Positions 19,022-29,014 of a stretch of DNA of 64,000 bases are shown here, in pieces; within the stretch, counting starts at the first letter, position 1; each line of letters starts with the position of its first letter. The DNA lies in contig CAWKMU010000003.1 of NCBI GenBank assembly GCA_963850905.1, forward strand, positions 2,912,001 through 2,976,000, written 5' to 3'. The notes under the pieces were generated by a model that had not been told where the DNA came from, ran no database searches, and saw only the letters and a list, made by a program, of their open reading frames with translations. Source of the stretch: an uncultured Gemmatimonadales bacterium (GTDB lineage: Bacteria; Gemmatimonadota; Gemmatimonadetes; Gemmatimonadales; Gemmatimonadaceae). Both the position numbers and the translations under genes were made by a program.

Positions 19022-19206
19022 ATTTGATCGGTCAAGGCACTGTGCACCGTCGAGAGGCCGCGGCCTGAGTGCTGCCGGCGACCTTAGCCGGGCCTTCGCG
19101 GCCCCTCCAATCCCCGGATCGGGTCGCCGCATTCAGGCTTCCAAAGCGCGGCACAGCATGCGAAACTTCCCGCGGGGCCGCATCAGCACGCAGTCCTGCA
19201 ACAGTA

Positions 19207-19296
19207 GGACGGGTGGCCGAGTGGTTGAAGGCACCGGTCTCGAAAACCGGCATACCGGTGAACCCGGTATCGTGAGTTCGAATCTCACCCCGTCCG
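19207..19296 (+). tRNA. tRNA-Ser(CGA)
   Basis: Acceptor ggacggg/cccgtcc, anticodon arm ccggt-ctCGAaa-accgg, long variable arm, TTCGAAT loop; CCA not encoded. Confidence 0.96.
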
Positions 19297-19484
19297 TGAC
19301 GGGCGCTCTGCGCCCGAGAAAGAAGCAAGGCGCAAAGGCACAACAGTGAAATCAGCCATGGACCGGTAGGGGCGACGCATTGCGTCGCCCGCCGTAGGGG
19401 CCCGGTCGGCGGAACCGGCTACGGACCGGGGTAGGGGGCGGCGCACTGCGCCGCCCACCGTTGCGACCCGGTTGGCACCCCCGG

Positions 19485-20560
19485 TCACGGCCGCAGGACG
19501 TCCGCCTCCACATCCTGCACCTGCGGCAACGGCGCCAGCGTCCTGATCGCGCGCTCGAGCGGCACGGCGCCACTGTCCGGATAGGCTGGAATTCGGACGT
19601 AGTAGTAGCGCTGCATGCGGGGCCCGCTCGGCGGAGGGTACCGGTTGCCGGTGCTGCGCAGCATGCCACCAACCACGATGCCATTGACCGCCTCCATCGC
19701 GGCCTCTCGCTCCTCCGCAGTCGCCGCACTGCGAAAGATCAGCCAGAGCTTGTCACGGACGACGCGCCCGGGGAAATGCGCATCGCCCGTGACGATATTG
19801 TCTGGAGACCGCGAAGCCTCCATTTCGTCCGGCGGGATCGCGTCCGGCGGCCGCCCCGGCACCGTGAAGACATGCGTCGCCGATGCGGTCAGTGTCACGT
19901 GCAGACGCGTCACCGTCGCTGGCATCCCGAACTCAATGGGCCGCGGGAGCGATGTCGCACCAGATGGTAGGACGATGGACCCGTCGGCTGCAATGACCGG
20001 CTGGCCGGTCGCCGACCGAAGCAGCGTGTCGTACGACCACTGTGCCATCACCTGGTCGTCGGGTCCTGGCACATTGGTGATGAGGCTCGCGCGACGAGCC
20101 ACGAGTCGCGCGGGAGCGTGCAACCACAACTTGCTCCCGTTCTGCAGGGCGACCGCAATCTGCACGGTACGACTCACGGCGTCGAACCGGGCCGTTCCGG
20201 ATATCACCGGCACTACGGGTCCGCAGTCCGCCGCCGTGGCCGGGGTCAGCGTCACCGTGCTGTTGCTGCCGATACGGAGGTCGAACGCGGTACAGCCCGC
20301 GACGGGGGCCGGCGGCGGAACGGACAGCGAGTCGGCAGACGACATCGGATGCGGACGGGCATGATGTGCGCCGGTGTCTGCATTTGCAACCTGGCCGCTG
20401 CTGATCGTTGGGCCCGCGGCCGCAGCGACCGCACACACCCAGAACGCCGCCCACCACGAGGAACGACGCCGGGCGCTACGCAGGGAGAGAGCCGGACACG
20501 CGCCAACCGCCCGGCGACTGGCCGCGATAACTCGAGGCCGCCTTCTGGCGTCTACCTGCT
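19485..20560 (-). CDS. Hypothetical exported protein, C-terminus resembles a subtilase prodomain (start uncertain)
   Basis: Long ORF with a signal-like hydrophobic stretch; LIFRSAATAEEREAAMEAVNG..YYVRI..LPQVQDVEAD. Confidence 0.55.
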
Positions 20561-20565
20561 CACCC

Positions 20566-22755
20566 TCACTCGCTCGGCCGAGCTTCGAGCGACATACCGA
20601 CGTGTGCGGCCGCAAAGGCGTAGATGTCCGCCGCCTCAGCGATCTGTCGGTCGAGCGGCCGGTACCCATGGCTCCCCTCGGCCTCGACGCGAATCAACGT
20701 CGGGCGGTCGCAGCCCGGAGCGGCCGCCTGCGCGGCCTGCAGCGTCGCCGCGAACTTGAACGAATGGCTCGGCACCACCCGGTCGTCATGGTCAGCCGTC
20801 GTGAGCAACGTCGCCGGATAACACACACCGCTGTGGATGTTGTGAAGCGGTGAGTAGGCGTAGAGGTACCGGAACGCCGCGCTGTCGTCGGCAGTGCCAT
20901 ACTCCGTGGCCCAGCCCCGTCCGGCGCTGAACCGGTGGTAGCGCAACATGTCCATGACGCCCACCTGTGGCAGCGCAGCGCCGAACAGCTCCGGACGCTG
21001 CGTCATCACGGCGCCCACCAGCAACCCGCCGTTCGAGGCGCCATTGATCGCGAGGTGTGCCGGGGAAGTGATCTTCTCGTTGATGAGATACTCGGCGGCC
21101 GCGATGAAGTCGTCGAACACGTGCTGCTTCTTCTCGAACATGCCCGCGTGATGCCACGCCTCCCCGTATTCGCTGCCACCCCGAATGTTGGCGGTCGCGT
21201 ACACGCCGCCGTGCTCCAGCCACGCGATGACGGGCTGCGAAAACGTCGGCGTGATGTCGATGCTGAAGCCGCCGTACCCATACAGCATGGTTGGATTCGC
21301 GCCGTCGCGCTGCATGTCCTTGCGATGCGTGATGAACATCGGAACGCGTGTGCCATCTTTGGAGTGGAAGAACACACGCTCCGTGACGAACGGACTCGGA
21401 TCGAAGGTGAGATGCGATGCCTCGAACGGCTGGCCCGTACCGCGTGCCGCATCGAAGACGTAGACCTCGGTCGGGACCAGCGGCGCGGTGAACGCGTAGA
21501 GCAGCTCTGGACGGTCGAACCGACCGACGACTCCACTGGCCGTGCCCAGTCCGGGGACGGGAATCGTCCGTTCCATATGGCCATCCAAACCATATAGTCT
21601 CATCACGGACGACACGTCCTCCAGCGTCAGGACGCTGATGCGACCGGCGACGAGCGATGAGCTCTCGATCGGGGTCGTGCCTTGCGGAATGATGTCCCGC
21701 CAATGTGGCGCCGTTGGTGTGGCGATCGGTGCGGCGACCACCTTACGGTTCGGCGCGTTCCTGTCCGTTTGGAGAAAGAGCTGTCCGTGCACAACGCCCA
21801 GAGGAGCGTAGTTGGCGTCCTGGCCAGTCACGATCGGCGCGATTGGCGCCGCGATGTTGGGTTGCTGCGGGTTCCCGAGATCCGCGACGTACAACTCGTT
21901 CTTGTCGGTGCCCGAGCTCGTCCGCACGAAGAGATAGCGCCCGGTCTCGTCCACGAATCCGTCCACGTACCACGTTGGGTGATCAGGACGCGCGTAGATC
22001 TTTACGTCTGACTCTTGCGGCGTCCCAAGTTTGTGGAAGTAGACGGTCTGGTCCCTGAGCGCTGTCTCGATCTCTTTGCCCTTGGGCGGCTCTGGATACC
22101 GGGAGTAGAAAAAACCGCTACCATCCTTCGTCCACGACGCCGACGAGAACTTGACCCAGCGGATTGTATCCGACGTGTTGCGACCCGTCGCAAACTCTCG
22201 CACGTACAACGTGACCCAGTCCGAGCCGCCCTGGCTCTGTCCGTAGACATAGTGCGTGCCATCCGGCGCGGGCGAGAAATCGACGAGCGCGACCGAGCCA
22301 TCGGGCGACAGCACGTTCGGATCGAGAAGCAGACGCTCGGGTCCGTGGAGTGTCTCGCGCGTGTAGACGACAGACTGGCGCTGAAGACCTGAATTCCGGC
22401 GGTAGAACCAGTGCCCGCCTTCCCAGAACGGGACAGAGACCCGTGGGTAGTTCCACAGCGCTGTCAGGCGCGCCCTGAGCGCGTCGCGACCGGGAATGCT
22501 CGCGAGGTAATGGGAGGTGAGTGCGTTTTCAGCCGTAATCCACTGCCCGACGTCGGGCGAGTCGAGATCCTCCATCCACCGGTATGGGTCACTCACCCGC
22601 GTGCCAAAGAAGTCGTCGACTTGATCGACGTGGTGCGCCGTGGGGTAGGCGAGGCGGGTGGAGGACTGCGCGCCCAACCCCGCGCCGACGAGGCTCACGC
22701 CTAGCAGGCCGCCACTCCCCCACGCGGCGCACCGTCGCGCCCAATGGTCGCGCAT
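20566..22755 (-). CDS. Prolyl oligopeptidase (S9A), secreted
   Basis: DPYRWMED, YGYGGF, NIRGGSEYG, GASNGG, DHDDRV and catalytic His (GSHG). Confidence 0.95.
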   Translation of the reverse strand: MRDHWARRCAAWGSGGLLGVSLVGAGLGAQSSTRLAYPTAHHVDQVDDFFGTRVSDPYRWMEDLDSPDVGQWITAENALTSHYLASIPGRDALRARLTALWNYPRVSVPFWEGGHWFYRRNSGLQRQSVVYTRETLHGPERLLLDPNVLSPDGSVALVDFSPAPDGTHYVYGQSQGGSDWVTLYVREFATGRNTSDTIRWVKFSSASWTKDGSGFFYSRYPEPPKGKEIETALRDQTVYFHKLGTPQESDVKIYARPDHPTWYVDGFVDETGRYLFVRTSSGTDKNELYVADLGNPQQPNIAAPIAPIVTGQDANYAPLGVVHGQLFLQTDRNAPNRKVVAAPIATPTAPHWRDIIPQGTTPIESSSLVAGRISVLTLEDVSSVMRLYGLDGHMERTIPVPGLGTASGVVGRFDRPELLYAFTAPLVPTEVYVFDAARGTGQPFEASHLTFDPSPFVTERVFFHSKDGTRVPMFITHRKDMQRDGANPTMLYGYGGFSIDITPTFSQPVIAWLEHGGVYATANIRGGSEYGEAWHHAGMFEKKQHVFDDFIAAAEYLINEKITSPAHLAINGASNGGLLVGAVMTQRPELFGAALPQVGVMDMLRYHRFSAGRGWATEYGTADDSAAFRYLYAYSPLHNIHSGVCYPATLLTTADHDDRVVPSHSFKFAATLQAAQAAAPGCDRPTLIRVEAEGSHGYRPLDRQIAEAADIYAFAAAHVGMSLEARPSE

Positions 22756-22809
22756 CGAGTCTCCCGTCGTGCAGTGTGGACCGCGACGCCAAGCGCTCGT
22801 CGCTCGATC

Positions 22810-24618
22810 CTACATCCCTCCGCGACGTGCCGCTTCGGGCGTCGCGAGCTCGCTAATCGCTGAGGCGAGCGATTTGACGCGATCGGCGTCCGGCGCACCC
22901 TTGGATTCCTCCTGCACGCGCTTCGCCAGCTTGCGGAGCGCGGATCGCCGCTGCGCATCGTCCAGGTGCTCGGCTTTATCTAGATCTCCGCGGTCGGCTG
23001 ACAACTTGTCACTGGCCAGGCCGTTGACGCGCTCGAGCTGATCGAGGTACGCTTGCGCGACCGCGATGTTCGCGGGCCACGTCAGCTTCGGTTGAGTCGT
23101 CGGATTGAACATCGCCAGATGCACAAGCTTGGCCGCGTCGATCTCATTCTGCGAGAGATACTGACTCGGCTTGAGCGCGAACACATCCAGACCCAGGCCG
23201 ATGTCCGAGCTATAGATGTAGCCGTTGTACCAGTAGGCACCCCACGAGCCGCCGAGCAGCAACCGGTTCGCGTCGAGGGGGCCTCGGTCGAAGTACGCGA
23301 TCTCCTTTGGATGGGCCGGATCCGTGAAGTCGAAGACGGAGATGCCACCTTGATACCAGCCCTGGACCAGGATGTCGCGGCCCGGAATCGGAATGAGCGA
23401 CCCGTTGTGGGCCACGCAGTTCTTCTCAGCCTGCTGCGGAGCGGGCAGCTTGTAATACCCGTCGAGGTGCAACGTGCGATCCGGCGCGATGGTAAAGATC
23501 GCGTCCGCACCCCACTTCGGCGGGTCGGTGGCTCGACACCTGGCGGCCCACCCGCCGCCCCACTCGTCCGTGAAGAGGATCTTCTTGCCATCGTTGGTGA
23601 ACGTGGCCGAGTGCCAGTACGCGAAGTTCGGGTCACTCACTTCAGCGATGCGCTTTGGGTCGGCCGGGTTGCGGATATCCAGCAGGATCCCGTTGCCGGA
23701 GCAGGCACCGGCGCCGAGCCCCAGGGCCGGATACACCGTGATGTCGTGGCACTGGTTTGTCTCGGCGGTCGCCTGGATGCCGTTCAGCGTGTCGCCACGA
23801 TTGGATTTGGCGAGTCCGTTGACCGCGCCGGTCTTCGCATCCGCAAAGAGGCGAGGGGTCGAAACCACTTGGGCATCCTGCGGAGCGTTCAGCGGGACGC
23901 GGATTACCTCGATTCGGAAAAGCGACGTATTGGGGTCCTGTTCCGGGCGAGCGGCCGAGCATCCGGCGAGTTCAGCCGCGGGACGAACGGGTGAGATGCC
24001 CTGCACGTAGACATACACGACGTTCTTGTCGACAGGGTCCGGCACGACCGTGTTCGTGTGCGATCCGCGGCACGTTTGCACCGCCGCGACCTGCTTGGGA
24101 TGGTCGATATCGCTGATGTCGAAGATCCGCACCCCGCGCATCCGCGTCAGACTCACGGACTCGTTGGTACCACCCGCTCCGCAATCGATCCGGCCGCTCA
24201 ACCCTTCGGTGGAGACGAATAGCAAGTTGCCGTAGACGGAGATGTCGCCCTGACCGCCAGGGCACGCCGTCGACGATCGGAGCGTCGGATTCTTCGGGTC
24301 GGAGATGTCCCAGATGAGGATCCCGTGCGAGTTGCCTTGAAACAGGTAGTTGTCGCGAAAAGTGATGTCCGTGTTTGAGAAGCTGAGATCGCCCCGGTTG
24401 CCGGGGTCCGAGAAGCCGGCGGGTTTGTCCCGGTGAGATACCATGTCGAGGTTGCTGATGACCTCGGCCGGGGCGACCCAGTGCCCACCGGGCAAGCCGA
24501 CCCGGGGATCAGTCTGGCTTTGAATCTGAGCGCACACGGGGCGGGCGCTCACCAATACCCCGAGTAGGATGCCGAGCGACCCGACGGACAGGGCCACCCG
24601 AGGCGCACGACGAGTCAT
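22810..24618 (-). CDS. LVIVD-repeat beta-propeller protein (paralog 1)
   Basis: Signal peptide; repeated (I/L)xDIS(D/N)PxxP; CPGGQGD, CRGSHT, CHDIT, WHSATF, DEWGG, CVAHNG. Confidence 0.85.
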   Translation of the reverse strand: MTRRAPRVALSVGSLGILLGVLVSARPVCAQIQSQTDPRVGLPGGHWVAPAEVISNLDMVSHRDKPAGFSDPGNRGDLSFSNTDITFRDNYLFQGNSHGILIWDISDPKNPTLRSSTACPGGQGDISVYGNLLFVSTEGLSGRIDCGAGGTNESVSLTRMRGVRIFDISDIDHPKQVAAVQTCRGSHTNTVVPDPVDKNVVYVYVQGISPVRPAAELAGCSAARPEQDPNTSLFRIEVIRVPLNAPQDAQVVSTPRLFADAKTGAVNGLAKSNRGDTLNGIQATAETNQCHDITVYPALGLGAGACSGNGILLDIRNPADPKRIAEVSDPNFAYWHSATFTNDGKKILFTDEWGGGWAARCRATDPPKWGADAIFTIAPDRTLHLDGYYKLPAPQQAEKNCVAHNGSLIPIPGRDILVQGWYQGGISVFDFTDPAHPKEIAYFDRGPLDANRLLLGGSWGAYWYNGYIYSSDIGLGLDVFALKPSQYLSQNEIDAAKLVHLAMFNPTTQPKLTWPANIAVAQAYLDQLERVNGLASDKLSADRGDLDKAEHLDDAQRRSALRKLAKRVQEESKGAPDADRVKSLASAISELATPEAARRGGM

Positions 24619-24787
24619 GGCTCACATCTCCTGTCGAGATCCGCGTTTATCACCACTGAACAACGATGTTGGCCGGGCGTCGAAGGTGGAAGGCGCGCCG
24701 GGTGTTGGCAAGTCCCACGTTGATGTCTTCGAAGCCACCTGCAATGCATCCGCCTGGCCCCGAGGATTGTCGTCTAGCGTCCAGCGC

Positions 24788-26131
24788 TTAGCCCTCAGAA
24801 ACGGGTTGGCGGGCGCGCGGCACCGTCAAGACCGACAACCCGGCTGCGACTGCGAGCGTCGCGATCAGGATGAGGCCAGTCGCGTAGGACCCGGTTCGCG
24901 TCGACAGATAGCCGAAAGCAACGGGGCCAGCAAAGCCCGCGACGCTCGCGATCGTGTTGATGAGGCCGACTGCTGCGGCTCCCGACGGGCCCAGCAGCTC
25001 GGTCGACAGCGACCAGAAAATCGGGACGAAGCAGAGCGACGTCGCCGAGACGATCGCCAGGAGGGTAACCGTGAGCGCGATGGAGCGCGGCTGCGTTGAC
25101 AGGCCGACCAGCGCCGCGGCCGCGATGAACTGTGGGATCGCGCAGTGCCAGCGCCGCTCCTGCGAGCGATCCGAATTCCATCCCATGATCACGACCGTCG
25201 CGACCGCGGCGAGATACGGGAGTGCTCCGAGGATGCCTACCTGCACATCCGGGAGGCTCGAGAGGCGCTTCAGCATGATGGGGAGAAAAAACACCACCGA
25301 ATATCCCATGAAGTACTGCAGGAACGCGGTGCCCCCCAACAGCATGACCAACGGGTTGAGCAGAGCATCGATCACCATGCGCATGACGCCAGCATCGGTC
25401 TCGGCCGGCGGTGCCTCCCGTTGCAGCGTCTCCTCGATCCAGCGCCGCTCCTCCTCGCCCAGCCAGGCGGCATCGCGCGGTCTGTCCGTGAGGTAGAGCG
25501 TCGCGATCGCGCCGAGGATGATGGCCGGGAATCCCTCCACTACGAAGAGCCAGCGCCAGCCCTGAATCCCGTGCCAGCTCTGGCCGAGGATCCAGCCAGC
25601 GACTGGCGATCCAATGGCGAGGGACAGCGGCACCGCGGCGAAGAAGTTACACGTTGCCTTGGCCCGGTCCGCCCTCGTGAACCATTGACTCAGGTACACG
25701 ACCACGCCCGTAAAAAAGCCACCCTCCGCGACGCCCAGCGCGAAGCGTGCGGCGTACAAATCGGCCGGTGTCCGGATCAGTGCGGTCAAGACGGTGAGTG
25801 CGCCCCAGGCGATCAAGATGAGTGCGATCACTCGGCGTGCGCTCCACCGCTCGACCAGCAGAGCGCCAATGACCTGCGTCGTGACGTAGCCCACGAAGAA
25901 CGACCCGGCGGCAAAGCCAATGACACGATCGCTGAACCCGAGGTCGCGCGACATCCCGAGCGCGGCGTAGGCTATGCTCGAGCGGTCGAGGAAGTTGGCG
26001 ACGAAGAGGGCGAAGAGAAACGGGAGCAGCCGGACTGCCGCCCGGTAGCGGGCCCGCCGGGCGACGCTACCGTCCGCCGCCGTCAGCGGATCGATTGGAG
26101 ACGCTGCCGCCACTGGAGCCTCGTTGTACAC
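24788..26131 (-). CDS. MFS transporter (anion:cation symporter family)
   Basis: RLLPFL, NFLDRSSI, LGVAEGGFF, GWRWLFVVEG.P, GLINTI. Confidence 0.9.
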   Translation of the reverse strand: MYNEAPVAAASPIDPLTAADGSVARRARYRAAVRLLPFLFALFVANFLDRSSIAYAALGMSRDLGFSDRVIGFAAGSFFVGYVTTQVIGALLVERWSARRVIALILIAWGALTVLTALIRTPADLYAARFALGVAEGGFFTGVVVYLSQWFTRADRAKATCNFFAAVPLSLAIGSPVAGWILGQSWHGIQGWRWLFVVEGFPAIILGAIATLYLTDRPRDAAWLGEEERRWIEETLQREAPPAETDAGVMRMVIDALLNPLVMLLGGTAFLQYFMGYSVVFFLPIMLKRLSSLPDVQVGILGALPYLAAVATVVIMGWNSDRSQERRWHCAIPQFIAAAALVGLSTQPRSIALTVTLLAIVSATSLCFVPIFWSLSTELLGPSGAAAVGLINTIASVAGFAGPVAFGYLSTRTGSYATGLILIATLAVAAGLSVLTVPRARQPVSEG

Positions 26132-26193
26132 CGTTCTAACATACCGGCCGCTAGTATAACCGTATCGGGCGCTCGACGGCGCCAGGACATCTC

Positions 26194-27882
26194 ATGCTGT
26201 GGAGTGATCTGTCTGTGACTGGATTTGTGACGCGGACACCGGGCCGACGCGAACTGAGACACATCGCCGGTTGGGCCGCATGCTGCAGTGCGGTCATGGC
26301 CCTGACTGGACGTGCGGTCGCCGCCCAAGGGGCGCCCGCGCTGGATTCGGTGCCACGCGGCTTCCCCACGGCCGATCCGGTCGTGCAGCGCATCTACGAT
26401 GAAGGGATGCACCATTCGCAAGTTGCGGGACTCGCCCAGGCGTTGATGGATTCGATCGGCCCTCGCCTGACAGGTTCACCCGCGAACCGTGCCGCGAATC
26501 AGTGGCTACTCGGTACCTACGCCGGCTGGGGCATTGCGGCCCACAACGAACAGTACGGCACGTGGCGTGACTGGACTCGCGGGCCCAGCTCGGTCACGCT
26601 CATCGCGCCTCGGTCGCGCGTGCTCGAGGCGACACAGCTCGAGTGGAGTGCGAGTACTCCCCCGGGCGGAACGATCGGCGATGTCGTCACTCTGCCGTCG
26701 GCGAGCGAGGTGCACGACGCTGCGGGCCTCGCGCGGTGGCTCGCCACGGCTGCGAAAGGGAAGTTCATCTTGATCTCGCCAGTGCAGCCCAACTGTCGTC
26801 CGGACTCGAGTTGGAAGACGTGGGCCGCGCCCGCTACCTATGGGGCCGTCCTGAAGTCTCGCGACTCGGTTCAGGCGGAGTGGGAGGCGTCCGTCGCACT
26901 GATCGGCCGCGGTCGCCGCGCCATGGCGGCCGCCTTCGCTCACGCGGGCGTCGCCGGACTGCTCAGCAACCAATGGTCGCACGGGTGGGGCGTGGACAAG
27001 ATCATGTCGCTGTACGCGACTGACACGCCCACGTTTGACCTGAGCTGCGAGGATTACACCCTGCTCGCGCGCCTCGCGCGCCACAACCAGCATCCGCGAG
27101 TGCAGGCCATCGCCCAGGCGACGGTGGCGCCGAAAGAATCGCCCGTGTACAACACGATCGCGGAGGTGAAGGGGACTGAGCATCCCGACCAATACGTCAT
27201 GCTCTCCGCGCATCTCGACTCGTGGGACGCAGGGTCCGGCGCGACTGACAACGGGACCGGAACCATCGTCATGCTCGAAGCGATGCGGCTTCTCAAAGCG
27301 GCATACCCGCATCCCAAACGGACCATTCTGGCCGGTCATTGGAGCGGCGAAGAAGAGGGCGAGATCGGCTCATCGGCGTTCGCGGTCGATCACCCCGAGG
27401 TGCTGCGAGGGCTGCAGGCGCTGCTCAATCAGGACAACGGCACGGGGAACATCGACACGGTCGATACGTACGGGTTTCTCGATGCCCCGGCGGCGTTCGC
27501 ACGCTGGATGGCGCGGGTGCCCGCGGACCTGACCGCGGCAATCACGATCGACGAGCCCGGGCTCGCGCACAACGAGGACTCCGACAGCGACCCGTTTGCG
27601 TGTCGCAACGCCCCAGGCTTTTTCCTCACGTCGGCCGATTGGGACTACACCGATTATACGTGGCACACCAATCGGGACACGTACGACAAGCTGAGCTTTA
27701 CCGACATCTCCCGGACCGCGACTCTCATTGCGCTGCTCGCGTACGAGGCGTCCGAAGATCCGCAACAATTGTCACGAGAGCGTCGCATTCCGCCGACGAG
27801 CCCGGCGACCGGCAAGGTGCTGGAGCCTCCGGAGTGCCCGCAGGTGCTGCGCTCCTGGGCCGAAGCGATCACGCGGCGATAG
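26194..27882 (+). CDS. M28-family metallopeptidase (carboxypeptidase Q-like)
   Basis: IGPRLTGS, SAHLDSWD, GATDNGTG, GEEEG, WHTNRDT. Confidence 0.9.
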   Translation: MLWSDLSVTGFVTRTPGRRELRHIAGWAACCSAVMALTGRAVAAQGAPALDSVPRGFPTADPVVQRIYDEGMHHSQVAGLAQALMDSIGPRLTGSPANRAANQWLLGTYAGWGIAAHNEQYGTWRDWTRGPSSVTLIAPRSRVLEATQLEWSASTPPGGTIGDVVTLPSASEVHDAAGLARWLATAAKGKFILISPVQPNCRPDSSWKTWAAPATYGAVLKSRDSVQAEWEASVALIGRGRRAMAAAFAHAGVAGLLSNQWSHGWGVDKIMSLYATDTPTFDLSCEDYTLLARLARHNQHPRVQAIAQATVAPKESPVYNTIAEVKGTEHPDQYVMLSAHLDSWDAGSGATDNGTGTIVMLEAMRLLKAAYPHPKRTILAGHWSGEEEGEIGSSAFAVDHPEVLRGLQALLNQDNGTGNIDTVDTYGFLDAPAAFARWMARVPADLTAAITIDEPGLAHNEDSDSDPFACRNAPGFFLTSADWDYTDYTWHTNRDTYDKLSFTDISRTATLIALLAYEASEDPQQLSRERRIPPTSPATGKVLEPPECPQVLRSWAEAITRR

Positions 27883-28028
27883 CGTCCCGGATCCCCTCAT
27901 CTGATGGATTTGACAGTCGGTCCTGTCGGCTGCCACTATCCATGGTCCTCGAGTGCACGCCGTGCTGCACGGTTGGAGCTATCTACGCCCGCGCGTTGAG
28001 ATGTCCCCCCATCGCCGTGGAGGAGTCC

Positions 28029-28514
28029 GTGAAGAATTCCCGCGAGTTGTACCAGGAGACCTTTGGTGCGGAAAAGCCAAAATTCGTCCGGGTCCTGAAA
28101 GCTGTTCCCGCCGACCAGGCCGCGTACCGCCCGCACGAACGATCGAGTTCGGCCGCTGACATCGCGTGGTTGCTCGCGAGCGAGCTACACGACGCCTGCG
28201 AGCTCGTCGAGTGCGGTCAGGTGAACTTCGAGGTGACGCCAGCGCCGAGCGTTCAGGAATCCGTGGCTGCGTATGAGAAGAACGCGGCAGAGCTGGAGAA
28301 GCGGATCGCCATGGTGGACGACGCGACCTGGGACCGACCGGCTCGGTTTCTCATGGGCGACAAGGTGGCGTGGGAAGCGCCGCTCGGCGACATGCTGTTC
28401 GGATTCCTCTTCGATGCGATCCATCACCGCGGACAGCTGTCGAGCTATCTGCGGCCGATGGGCGCGAAAGTGCCCTCGATTTACGGGCCATCAGCCGACG
28501 ATCCGGGAATGTGA
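28029..28514 (+). CDS. DinB family protein
   Basis: YRPHERSSSA, HHRGQLSSYLRPMG.KVPSIYG; RBS ggagga. Confidence 0.88.
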   Translation: MKNSRELYQETFGAEKPKFVRVLKAVPADQAAYRPHERSSSAADIAWLLASELHDACELVECGQVNFEVTPAPSVQESVAAYEKNAAELEKRIAMVDDATWDRPARFLMGDKVAWEAPLGDMLFGFLFDAIHHRGQLSSYLRPMGAKVPSIYGPSADDPGM

Positions 28515-28897
28515 TGGCGGCCGTGCACCAGGGGTCGGCGGATCAAGCGACCCGCGCGGTCGTGGATCAGTTCAACGACGCGTTCAACCGCCACGATGCG
28601 GACGCGGTGGGCTCGATGTTGACCGACGACACGGTGTTCGAGGATACCTCACCGGCGCCGGACGGGCGTCGCCTGGAAGGCAAGGGGTCGGTCGTGGCGT
28701 TCTGGCGGGGTTGGTTTGAGCGCAATCCTGACGCGCGTTTCGAGGCCGAAGACGTCATCGTGAGCGGCGATCGCGCGGTGGTGCGCTGGATCTATCACAA
28801 GCAGCGGAACGGCCAGCCCTGGCACATCCGTGGCGTGGACGTCTTCACGGTCCGCGCTGGGAAAGTGGCGGCGAAGCTCGCGTACGTGAAGGGCTGA
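28514..28897 (+). CDS. SnoaL-like/NTF2 family protein
   Basis: FNDAFNRHD, GDRAVVRW, GVDVFTVRAGKV; start overlaps the upstream stop. Confidence 0.85.
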   Translation: MAAVHQGSADQATRAVVDQFNDAFNRHDADAVGSMLTDDTVFEDTSPAPDGRRLEGKGSVVAFWRGWFERNPDARFEAEDVIVSGDRAVVRWIYHKQRNGQPWHIRGVDVFTVRAGKVAAKLAYVKG

Positions 28898-29014
28898 TCC
28901 TCGATCGCTCCTGCCCGCTTCGAGGTCCGCACTAGGGGATCAACGGGCGTCGGCGATCGTATCAGATGTGACTAAACCGGGAGAGAGTCAGACGGAAGGT
29001 TCCCGAAGGATTGC

